Virus record (IMG/VR): IMGVR_UViG_3300005526_000012
Location: 1-50,504 of that record
Direction: 5' to 3' (one strand)
Length of the DNA stretch: 50,504 bases
DNA from: a virus
Lineage: Duplodnaviria > Caudoviricetes
This document shows, piece by piece, positions 16,319-24,763 of the stretch (position 1 is the first letter of the stretch; each line of letters starts with the position of its first letter). The notes beneath the pieces were generated by a model. The model ran no database searches, was not told where the DNA came from, and saw only the letters and a list, made by a program, of their open reading frames with translations. Both the position numbers and the translations under genes were made by a program.

Positions 16319-17810
16319 ACATAAACTTGCCTGTGCATACCATCGCATTGATAAACGTGGTATGCTGCTTGATCTTGATGCCCTTGGAAAACTCAGAGAG
16401 AAAGTCGAAGGTTTACTCGTTAATTATTGTGATACTCTCACTTTTAAATTTGGGTTTCCTGTATACTTAGGCGTTAGAAAAGGACTGCCTAAAGGAACTA
16501 AAGCTCTTAACTTAAATAGCCCTGCTAAAGTAGTAGCTATGCTGAAAGAGTTAGGATATAAAGTTCCTAAAATTAGGAAGAAAGATGCTGAAACAGACGA
16601 GTACGAATATAAAGAAAGTGCGAACGAGCTTGCTCTACGTCAGCTTGTTGCCGATCCTACTTTATGGCCCGATCCTCACGCTGGAGAGGCAATCAAAACA
16701 GTTCTGGATGTTAAAGAACTCGTCACGTTTCGTAATCGACAGATTAACGCCCGCCTTCGTATCATGCCTTATGGCGGTATATATTATAGCAGTTACAACG
16801 TCGCTAGTACGGTCACTGGTCGGCGTGGCTCCAAAAAATTTGTCTTCGGTCATGGTGGAAACGGTCAAAATCTTCCTGCTAGAACTTCTTATTCCTTTGA
16901 GTATCGTAATTGCATTATTAGTCGTCCCGATCACTTATTCTTTTTTGTGGATCAAAAGCAGGCAGAGGATTGGCCAGTACAAGCTTTAGCTGCTAATCAT
17001 GAGGCTCTCGATGAGATGCGACGTGGCGTTAATCGTCATTATAAGTTTGCAAGTCTTATCTTCAATCGCTCAATTGATAGTCTTAAAGCGGGTCGTAAAC
17101 TTGATCCCCCGGAATTTGAAGCGGAGCTTCAATATAATCTTGGCAAACGTGGTCGTCACGCCAATAATTATGGTATGCGTGCTAAGCGTTTTTCTGAGAT
17201 ACTTACTGGTGACGGTTACAGTGTTCCACCTTCCACTTGTGAGGTGATACTTGAGAAAATCAACAAAGCCGATCCAAACGTTGATGGGGTTTTCCATCCG
17301 TATATTCAAAAGTGCATATATGATACGAGAATATTGCGAACTCCATTCGGTAGAGAAAGACAATTTTTCGGAGTTCGACAAAATGACAAAAATTATGCAA
17401 TACTTAACGAAGCATATTCTTACATCCCACAATCTACAGTCGGTGATAATACAGGCTTGGCCGTACTCGCGCTCGATAGCTGTAACAATTATGTTATCCA
17501 AGAAGGACACGACAGTATCGTGCAAGAGATACCTGATTCCTTATCAGAGTTACTCAAAGTTTATGCGGATACTACGCAAGCATTTAAACGAACAATCAAA
17601 TTCCATAATGGAATCGAAGTTGACATACCGATTGAAGGTAAGCTTGGATTCGATTGGTTACACACCATTGAAATTAAAGACTGGTCAAGAGATGGAGTAG
17701 AAGCTGCTTATAAAGAGCTAAAAGAAAAGTTTAAGAATAGGTGGGATATAAAAGGGGAGTCCGTTAATGCCACGAATGCTCAAGAAACCGTGGCTGGATG
17801 CTTATCTTGA
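16290..17810 (+). CDS. polA: DNA polymerase A, polymerase domain
   Basis: NLNSP, TVTGR, NGQNLP, motif A DQKQAE, motif B KRGRHANNYGM, TPFGRER, PQSTVGD, motif C HDS. Confidence 0.93.
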   Translation: MEQLITSSYEHKLACAYHRIDKRGMLLDLDALGKLREKVEGLLVNYCDTLTFKFGFPVYLGVRKGLPKGTKALNLNSPAKVVAMLKELGYKVPKIRKKDAETDEYEYKESANELALRQLVADPTLWPDPHAGEAIKTVLDVKELVTFRNRQINARLRIMPYGGIYYSSYNVASTVTGRRGSKKFVFGHGGNGQNLPARTSYSFEYRNCIISRPDHLFFFVDQKQAEDWPVQALAANHEALDEMRRGVNRHYKFASLIFNRSIDSLKAGRKLDPPEFEAELQYNLGKRGRHANNYGMRAKRFSEILTGDGYSVPPSTCEVILEKINKADPNVDGVFHPYIQKCIYDTRILRTPFGRERQFFGVRQNDKNYAILNEAYSYIPQSTVGDNTGLAVLALDSCNNYVIQEGHDSIVQEIPDSLSELLKVYADTTQAFKRTIKFHNGIEVDIPIEGKLGFDWLHTIEIKDWSRDGVEAAYKELKEKFKNRWDIKGESVNATNAQETVAGCLS

Positions 17811-18969
17811 TTATATTGACTGCACAGAGAATCCATTTTCATTTAACTTATGGAGTGGGATATCGGCAATTAGCGCGTCACTAAAACGTCGTGTGTATAT
17901 ATGGCGAAACTTTATACAATTCTTTCCTAACATGTACATTGTACTTGTCGGACCTCCCGGAATTGGTAAAGGAAGCGCAATACATCCGGTCGTTAATATT
18001 GTGAACGAAGCTAGTTTAGTCAACTATTTGCCAGATAAGATAACAGCCGAAAGAATAATCCAGAAGCTAGCAGAAGGCTTTACCAAATTTACAACTAGTT
18101 CAACAGGAACGCTAGGAGCCGTTAACTTCGCTCAAGATCACACAGCAACTATATTATCAAAAGAGCTTCCAGTATTTTTAAGTTCTGCTGAATGGATGCA
18201 TAGCTTGCTATGTCAGTTTTGGGATGAGAATACATTTGAATATGAAACAAAGAATAAAGGTAGCTACAAGATTACTGATATGTGCGTGGGAATGCTTGCA
18301 GGATGCGTTCCTGATTTTATTCGGATGTTATCACGGGATAATATGGCACCTATCACCGGCGGCTTTACGGCTAGAACCATCTTTGTCTACGCTACTGAAA
18401 AATCACGGCTTATACCGGGGGGATGGGGAAAACCTAACCATAATTACAGTCAGACGAAAAGTGAGTTAATTAACGATTTACAACACATAGCTTCGTTAGA
18501 AGGAGAAATGTTTCTAGATGCTAATGCGCTAACGCTCTGGGATAAAACTTATGGAGAACACAACAAAAAGGGAGATTTTGATAGTGATGTGTCTGCAAAC
18601 TTCAAATCTCGAATTAGTTCACACATCATTAAAACCGCCATTTCAATCTCTGTTTCTGAATCAGATAGCCTCATCATTACAGAGTCTCAACTTAAAAGAG
18701 CTATCGAGCTTATTGAAGACGTGCGAGATAAAGTCGATATTGTGTTCAGAAGCGTTGGAGAAAGCCCGCTTGCAGTTGGACAAGACAGGGTGATTACATT
18801 TATTAAGCAGCAAGGTATAGTATCAAGAGAAGAAATATTAAAGTATAATTATCGTCATATGACCGACGAACAATTAACTGCTATAATGTACACTTTGCTA
18901 CATGCTGGTTTAATTGAAGAAACTACCCAAGATCACAAATCTAAGTATCTATGGACAAATAAAGCATGA
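17767..18969 (+). CDS. DUF3987-like P-loop ATPase, probable replicative helicase, with C-terminal winged helix
   Basis: PNMYIVLVGPPGIGKG, GGFTARTIFV; follows polA. Confidence 0.75.
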   Translation: MPRMLKKPWLDAYLDYIDCTENPFSFNLWSGISAISASLKRRVYIWRNFIQFFPNMYIVLVGPPGIGKGSAIHPVVNIVNEASLVNYLPDKITAERIIQKLAEGFTKFTTSSTGTLGAVNFAQDHTATILSKELPVFLSSAEWMHSLLCQFWDENTFEYETKNKGSYKITDMCVGMLAGCVPDFIRMLSRDNMAPITGGFTARTIFVYATEKSRLIPGGWGKPNHNYSQTKSELINDLQHIASLEGEMFLDANALTLWDKTYGEHNKKGDFDSDVSANFKSRISSHIIKTAISISVSESDSLIITESQLKRAIELIEDVRDKVDIVFRSVGESPLAVGQDRVITFIKQQGIVSREEILKYNYRHMTDEQLTAIMYTLLHAGLIEETTQDHKSKYLWTNKA

Positions 18970-19397
18970 AAATACTCGAAGCCGGTCATCAGTATGAAAT
19001 GGATGATTACGATACAGGCGGGAAAGCTTATATCGTTTCTGCTATCCAATTCATGAAACGTATTGGAGATAACTATCCCGGTAATACGGGAGAACCTCAT
19101 GTTGGAACTAACTGTCAAGAAGTTATTCGTGTGCTTATTGACAGAGTTAAGTATCTAAATAAACAAATTTCGTGTTATGAGAATTTAGTTATTTTGGATG
19201 ATCTTCGTCATGCTCTATTATATTTTGAACTTAGAGCTGCACGAAATCATAATATCACTCTACCCTATGAGTATAGAAATATAGCTAATGATCTTGAAAC
19301 TTTACCAGCCTGTAAAGTCTGTGGACACATAATTTGCCATCACGAAAAGGAGCTATTTTATGGGCATACTCATGCACGACTATCAACAAGCCGCTAA
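18966..19397 (+). CDS. Tad1-like protein (candidate immune-signal sponge)
   Basis: GHQY...IQFMKR...GTNCQEVIRVLIDRVKYLN...CYEN...ALLYFELR parallels the recalled Tad1 pattern. Confidence 0.55.
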   Translation: MKILEAGHQYEMDDYDTGGKAYIVSAIQFMKRIGDNYPGNTGEPHVGTNCQEVIRVLIDRVKYLNKQISCYENLVILDDLRHALLYFELRAARNHNITLPYEYRNIANDLETLPACKVCGHIICHHEKELFYGHTHARLSTSR

Positions 19398-19701
19398 ACG
19401 TACACGCGCGTATAGCGATTACGGCCAGCAAACTATCGGGCCAATTAGTTATTGTGCTCTTGGCTTGGCCGGTGAAGCTGGCGAAGTTGCTAACAAAGTT
19501 AAAAAAGTACTCCGGGGAGATTTTGAAATAGCTGTAGCTAAAGAAGCCATTCTTGATGAAATTGGGGATGTTCTTTGGTATTGTGCTATGCTCGCAGACG
19601 AGCTTGGTGCGGATTTAGGAGTTATAGCAGATAACAATCTCACAAAATTGGCGCTTCGCCGCGCAGCGAATACGATAAAAGGAGAAGGGGATGCTAGGTA
19701 A
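19360..19701 (+). CDS. mazG: MazG-like nucleotide pyrophosphohydrolase
   Basis: GLAGEAGEVANKVKK...DEIGDVLWY...NLTKL. Confidence 0.92.
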   Translation: MGILMHDYQQAAKRTRAYSDYGQQTIGPISYCALGLAGEAGEVANKVKKVLRGDFEIAVAKEAILDEIGDVLWYCAMLADELGADLGVIADNNLTKLALRRAANTIKGEGDAR

Positions 19702-20263
19702 AGAACTTAATCCGAATGAGTGGGCTATTATTAATGAGACAGAATGCTTTCGAGCTATCGGCCATAGAATAATGGTCCTTGAAGATGAGTTTAGGAGTGG
19801 TTACGAATGTAAGGCTTGTGATGGTTCAGGCCATACAAATATAAAGTGTAAGCATTGTAAAGGAACGGGACTTCATAAAGGCAAAGAAGAAAATGGCTCT
19901 TGTCCTGACTGCGAAGTTGGAACTTCTGACGGTCGTAAGTCCCTTGGATACGAACTTTGCAGCGTGTGTAATGGGCGTAGCGGGCTTATAGTGGTCCCTG
20001 ACTCATCAAAACGCCGTCCACTAACGGGAAGGATCGTCAGCGCCGGACGCGACGTTACAGAGTTTAAAGTTGGAGATAGGGTAATGTATACAAACTTCAC
20101 CGGGACGGATTTTGATCTTAAGGGTGGAGTGAGAATACGAGTGATGTTAGATCATGATGTGATGACAGAGTATAAGCAGCTAAAAAAAGGAGCCTCCGTT
20201 GGTAATAGCGGAAGCTCTCAAAAGGAAGCCACGGATTTAGGGGTAGCACCACTAGCTAGATAA
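19691..20263 (+). CDS. groES: GroES/Cpn10 co-chaperonin with inserted DnaJ-type zinc finger
   Basis: FRAIGHRIMV...GLIVVP...GRIVSAG...FKVGDRVMY...DVM; four CxxC(xG) repeats inside. Confidence 0.85.
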   Translation: MLGKELNPNEWAIINETECFRAIGHRIMVLEDEFRSGYECKACDGSGHTNIKCKHCKGTGLHKGKEENGSCPDCEVGTSDGRKSLGYELCSVCNGRSGLIVVPDSSKRRPLTGRIVSAGRDVTEFKVGDRVMYTNFTGTDFDLKGGVRIRVMLDHDVMTEYKQLKKGASVGNSGSSQKEATDLGVAPLAR

Positions 20264-20274
20264 AAGGAGTTTCA

Positions 20275-20493
20275 ATGTATATTGATCCTTTGTTTCAAAC
20301 TTACGATCTTAATCAAGATGGTAAGATCAGAGTAGCGAGAATAAAAGAAACCTTCAATGATTGTATTGTCGAGCTTAAAGATATCTGCCCCGAGAATACA
20401 AGAGAGTTTGCTTTAGTAGCAACGAAGCTGCAAGAAGCTTGTATGTTTGCTGTTAGATGCATTAGTGTTATTTCTCAATATCAAGCTAGATAA
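20275..20493 (+). CDS. Acb2/Tad1-hairpin-like small protein
   Basis: ICPENTREFALVATKLQEACMFAVRCIS helical hairpin pattern; AAAGGAG RBS. Confidence 0.6.
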   Translation: MYIDPLFQTYDLNQDGKIRVARIKETFNDCIVELKDICPENTREFALVATKLQEACMFAVRCISVISQYQAR

Positions 20494-20851
20494 CAACTTC
20501 TAATTCTTTATCACTGCTTGCAGCTACTGCTAGTCTATCTGGCTTCATGTGGATAACACAACCATGTGAAGCCAGATGTTTTCCCGGTTTAGCCTTTAAA
20601 TCTCCGTGAATTAAAAAACAATCCCTACCAAAAGTTTCTGTACCTTTTACTGGTGTAAGCTCCATTGTACATGGTCCATGCAAACTATCATAAGAAGGAC
20701 CAATAGTATAATTTCCTCTAGGAATAGGACCAACATTACGAACATGTTGCATATCAGGATTGTTAAGTCCCGGTCCGATTCCAGAATATCCCTGAGCAAA
20801 AAATACCCCATCCTTATACATCTTCCCTGAAGTCTGAGAATAAGTCCACAC
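20486..20851 (-). CDS. Tlde1-like L,D-transpeptidase-fold protein (candidate lysin)
   Basis: GYSG, NNP, GPIPRGNYTI, GRDCFLIHGD, ASHGCV catalytic His/Cys pattern. Confidence 0.85.
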   Translation of the reverse strand: MWTYSQTSGKMYKDGVFFAQGYSGIGPGLNNPDMQHVRNVGPIPRGNYTIGPSYDSLHGPCTMELTPVKGTETFGRDCFLIHGDLKAKPGKHLASHGCVIHMKPDRLAVAASSDKELEVVI

Positions 20852-20864
20852 AGCTAACGCTCCA

Positions 20865-22313
20865 TTAATTAGATGTAATCACTACAACACTTAACCAAGA
20901 AGCTTGTGACGAACCACCAACACTAGCAGATGCAACACTGATGCCGCCACCAGCAGAAGTAAATCCCCTTCCTAATAATGTAACAGTAGCACCATTAGCA
21001 TAAGTTACAGGACTAATAGAAGATGCTGAAGCGCCAGCCGCATCGCTACCTGCGGTATTTGTTAATACTTGGGATGTTGCGAATACGTTAGTACCATCCG
21101 AAACCCAAAAATTTGCAGCACCAGAGCCACCTGAAGTATACATCGCGCTATAACTAACCAATATTCTACAAGGACAACCTGAAGATGGCATTACTGTTGC
21201 TTTAGTTATCCAAGTTGTAGCGGAAGCTCCAATAGCGGTGCCGGTATTAGTAGTTAGTGAAACTACTTTTCCAGTAACTGCACCGGGATTCGCAGTTCCA
21301 CTACCTAACGCTGATTGTACAAAAGCATCTGTAGCTAATTGAGTTGTATTATCAGTAGGACTACCGTTAGTTGGTGCAGCAGGTACACCAGTAAATGTCG
21401 GAGATGCTAAAGGTGCAGCACCAGTAACCTGCCCAACACTATAATCCCCGCTTACTGCTACAACCGCACCAGTACGACCGAATACGCTCGTTACCGGGGC
21501 AGTTCCTATAGCCGCTGTTACAAATGCAGTCGTAGCAATTTGTTGCGTATTAGTACCGGGAGCCGCCGTAGGTGCTGTAGGGATACCACTAAAATTAGGA
21601 CTGTCTAGCAGTGCGAAAGTTCCTGTTACTGCTGGCAGTGTTAAATTAATATGTCCAGTAGCCGCTTGAGGACATATAGTAGCATCGTTACTAGCATCAA
21701 ATACTGCTTTAAAACAATTAGCCGTTACCGTGCCAATAAAAACTGGATTAGTAGTAGGTACAGTAACAACAACCCATCCTGATCCGAAGCAAAAGAAAGA
21801 AACGCATTCTCTTAGAGAATTATCTACAGTGTTCAAATATAAAGCGCCAAATCCGCCCGTAGTCTGGCCGTCTTGATATGAACGATAAATTGTCGGGTTA
21901 GCCATTACATTCGGAACTATAAGCTGAGGATTAATAACACTACTCAAATCCTCACTTCCACCAGTAACCTGAGTCTCAATAGTAGTACAACTAGCTACTG
22001 TAGCGTTAGGACAGATAACAAATCTCCACTTAGTTCCGCTAGGAGCTACTGCTAAATTATCATCAAGTGTAACTGTAAATACTCCACTAGCGTCAGCTAC
22101 GCCACTCTGATTAGGCATTATAGCTGTACCGTCATTATTCGGCTGGCCCGGATTGCCAAATGGCGGAACAAAAATAGTTTGCCAACTAGCAGACTTCCAA
22201 ACTTGTGTAGAAGTATCTTGTAATGTAACCGTAACGTTAGTATACGAAGGTGCAGCACTCGCGCTGTATGCGAGTGCTGTGACGATAAGAAGAAGTAGCA
22301 TTAACTTTTTCAT
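20865..22313 (-). CDS. Tail-fibre-like protein with N-terminal signal peptide
   Basis: Two SPxFxGxPxAPT...TxQxATxAFV repeats, VTSVFGRTGAV; MKKLMLLLLIVTALAYSASA. Confidence 0.8.
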   Translation of the reverse strand: MKKLMLLLLIVTALAYSASAAPSYTNVTVTLQDTSTQVWKSASWQTIFVPPFGNPGQPNNDGTAIMPNQSGVADASGVFTVTLDDNLAVAPSGTKWRFVICPNATVASCTTIETQVTGGSEDLSSVINPQLIVPNVMANPTIYRSYQDGQTTGGFGALYLNTVDNSLRECVSFFCFGSGWVVVTVPTTNPVFIGTVTANCFKAVFDASNDATICPQAATGHINLTLPAVTGTFALLDSPNFSGIPTAPTAAPGTNTQQIATTAFVTAAIGTAPVTSVFGRTGAVVAVSGDYSVGQVTGAAPLASPTFTGVPAAPTNGSPTDNTTQLATDAFVQSALGSGTANPGAVTGKVVSLTTNTGTAIGASATTWITKATVMPSSGCPCRILVSYSAMYTSGGSGAANFWVSDGTNVFATSQVLTNTAGSDAAGASASSISPVTYANGATVTLLGRGFTSAGGGISVASASVGGSSQASWLSVVVITSN

Positions 22314-22555
22314 TTCTTTGTTTTATCCTCTGGCGGTGGATTTGTTCTTCTCCATCCAGTAACTTCATGATCTTCTTTAATACGTTCGTTCAATAACAAG
22401 CTTAAGTTTCTAATAGTATCTTTAGCTTTTTTGAAATAAACGTAAGCTTCTTCTTGCTTACCATCTTCGATCTTTATAACTCCCACTTCCACAAAGCCCA
22501 TAATTGCCTGTAGTTCGTTTTGAACTTTATGGGCTAACTTTCTGGTTATAACCAT
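22310..22555 (-). CDS. Stand-alone HisKA/DHp-like protein
   Basis: LAHKVQNELQAIMGFVE resembles an H-box; two-helix size; GAGGTG RBS. Confidence 0.6.
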   Translation of the reverse strand: MVITRKLAHKVQNELQAIMGFVEVGVIKIEDGKQEEAYVYFKKAKDTIRNLSLLLNERIKEDHEVTGWRRTNPPPEDKTKK

Positions 22556-22577
22556 AACGATTTCACCTCAAGAATCG

Positions 22578-22958
22578 CTATAGCTCGTTCACCGCCGCAT
22601 CATAATTTGCCCAATTTATGCCATACTCCGCAGCTAGCAAACGTTCTATGTTAGTAGCAAAGAAGTGCTCTTTCCTGTAAGGCGCATGAGCATCATCCCC
22701 CGGTTCAGATTCATCGCCGTCTTTACGTTTCTTTTCATATTCAATATCAAACTTATCAACTATCTCCTGACTTATACCACGGTCAAGACATAGCAAAATT
22801 TCAATTAGCTCATGTACCGCAACCAACGCTTCATATTTAAAATTTCCCATCTGTGATACTTTAATATGAATAGTATCTTTTTGTGTATCAACTTCCCAAT
22901 CACCTACGGTTGGATAGCGTTGATCTTCGTGTTTTACAGTTTCAATCAATATATTCAT
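22578..22958 (-). CDS. Putative metal-binding (zincin-like) protein
   Basis: VHELIE plus downstream HFFATNIE. Confidence 0.5.
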   Translation of the reverse strand: MNILIETVKHEDQRYPTVGDWEVDTQKDTIHIKVSQMGNFKYEALVAVHELIEILLCLDRGISQEIVDKFDIEYEKKRKDGDESEPGDDAHAPYRKEHFFATNIERLLAAEYGINWANYDAAVNEL

Positions 22959-22968
22959 ACGGCTCCTT

Positions 22969-24246
22969 TTATCTTAACCAACCTTGCAGACTCAAAGTGT
23001 TATATCTACTTAACGTTGCTTTCGCCAAGTCCGAACGGTATTGCATATTCGGGATTTGTACTCTTTTAACTCGATCATACGTTTTATCCCAAGCTTCTGT
23101 AATCGTTTGCCCGCTTGCGATAGGTGCCATAATAAATCCGTTAATTCCAGCAGTAAGAAGATCCCTATTATTAAGTACGACATCAAAAAGATAATGAGTC
23201 CGGTATAATTGATCTTCTTCGTCAAGTCCCTGAATAGATAAACCTTCAGGATGCTTACCGGGTATTTCTGTAGGATAAGGAGGGATACTAATCCTAACGC
23301 TAGCAGCGTAGGGATTCTTAAGCTGGGGATGAGGAATCTGTCCGGTTGAAACATCATGCATAAACTCAGCAAGATCAGAAGAAATAAGATGAAACAAAGT
23401 AGCACTCGCATCATAACCGAAGCGCGGTGTCCATTCCAAGCCATATATCTCGTGATCTGAAACGATAGTATTAAGATCTATCATTCCTTTATACTTGACG
23501 TGTTGAAGGAAATCCTTCATCTTCTGCAAGCCTTCTTTAAATATACGGGGCGGATTTAACTCGTCATAAACAAATACAAGATTACCGCTACAGCCAGTAT
23601 TAGGCCCGTGTCCTCCATCCATGAACTTTTTTTCTTCCAGCGTTCCGTTAAGTAGATAGAAGTTTTCACCGTTAAACCAACCTTCGGTTGATATCTCTGT
23701 TCCTTGTACAACTTCTTGCATAATAAACTCAACGCCTTTAGTCGCGGCACCGAGCTTATCTAAGTAACGAAGCATATCTTCGGCATCCTTACTTACATAA
23801 GTAGCCGCTGTGTCATTGTCTTGACCGCCGCAAGGCTTAAACACATATCTCTTATTAGTCTTGCGTACGAAACGTTTAGCTTCATTGATATCATTAAAGG
23901 GTTCATAATCTGGAACGTTAATATCACATTCTTCCATAATCTGAACGCCAACTAAACGATCATCTTCGATCTCTGTATTAAAGTTTCCATCTCCTATAAC
24001 TGGCGCATCTAAACTAGCTAGCTCCGCTATCTTAGGCTTACCAGTAAGATCGAATAAGATTAAATCATAATCTTTAAAGTTAGGTGTAGCTTTAAAAGGA
24101 GATGGGCAAAGTCCGTCCAGCGCATATATCGCTGGATCGCTAGCCTTGCCCACCCAATGAATATCTACCTTATGACCTTCATGCTGAAATCTCAAAGCGA
24201 ACCAGTTGCCGTAGCCGCTATAAGTAACTATCAGAATTTTTGCCAT
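22969..24246 (-). CDS. PurD-like ATP-grasp ligase
   Basis: VFKP, MQEVVQGTEIS, EEKKFMDGGHGPNTGCSG, LEWTPRFG, YRSDLA. Confidence 0.85.
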   Translation of the reverse strand: MAKILIVTYSGYGNWFALRFQHEGHKVDIHWVGKASDPAIYALDGLCPSPFKATPNFKDYDLILFDLTGKPKIAELASLDAPVIGDGNFNTEIEDDRLVGVQIMEECDINVPDYEPFNDINEAKRFVRKTNKRYVFKPCGGQDNDTAATYVSKDAEDMLRYLDKLGAATKGVEFIMQEVVQGTEISTEGWFNGENFYLLNGTLEEKKFMDGGHGPNTGCSGNLVFVYDELNPPRIFKEGLQKMKDFLQHVKYKGMIDLNTIVSDHEIYGLEWTPRFGYDASATLFHLISSDLAEFMHDVSTGQIPHPQLKNPYAASVRISIPPYPTEIPGKHPEGLSIQGLDEEDQLYRTHYLFDVVLNNRDLLTAGINGFIMAPIASGQTITEAWDKTYDRVKRVQIPNMQYRSDLAKATLSRYNTLSLQGWLR

Positions 24247-24262
24247 AAGGTTAAAGGCTCCT

Positions 24263-24484
24263 TTAAAAGTGATACAGTCCTGAGTAATCTAATAATATTA
24301 GTAGCAGAATCATAAAGATAATGATTCCCAATATTATTAGTAAAGGTTGTGGGATAGTTACATTAGCTAGTGACATTAGCCATTTGATAGCGATAATGAC
24401 AATAGCCATCACACAGACCAAAATTAAGAACCCTACCAGAAAGTGTATAGCGGAAAACTCAGAAATCAAAGCTAACGCTAACAT
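24263..24484 (-). CDS. Small membrane protein (holin-like)
   Basis: Two long hydrophobic helices. Confidence 0.65.
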   Translation of the reverse strand: MLALALISEFSAIHFLVGFLILVCVMAIVIIAIKWLMSLANVTIPQPLLIILGIIIFMILLLILLDYSGLYHF

Positions 24485-24498
24485 AGGGTCTCCTTTTG

Positions 24499-24693
24499 TT
24501 AGTCTTTTTTATTACTCATCCAATCGGCACCCTTAGTTTTGGGTGGAACACCTTCGGTAGTGCCAGTATTAGTATTAGCTCCAGAACCACCTTCAATGCT
24601 GGTTGGTTTTCCGTAGCTAGACATTTCGTTATGTTCCACGCGCTTAATGTTAGCTTTTGATTCTTCAACTGTGTGAGTGTGTGGAGCTACCAT
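24499..24693 (-). CDS. Small hydrophilic protein
   Basis: AAGGAG RBS. Confidence 0.55.
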   Translation of the reverse strand: MVAPHTHTVEESKANIKRVEHNEMSSYGKPTSIEGGSGANTNTGTTEGVPPKTKGADWMSNKKD

Positions 24694-24763
24694 TAGTATT
24701 TCTCCTTTTTCTCTTTCTTCTTTTTAACTGGCATCTTACTGCCAGCTTTCTTTGTAGAAGCTT

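Noticed and set aside
22969-24246. True purD auxiliary metabolic gene
   Set aside because: Substrate-binding motifs differ and no other pur genes are present
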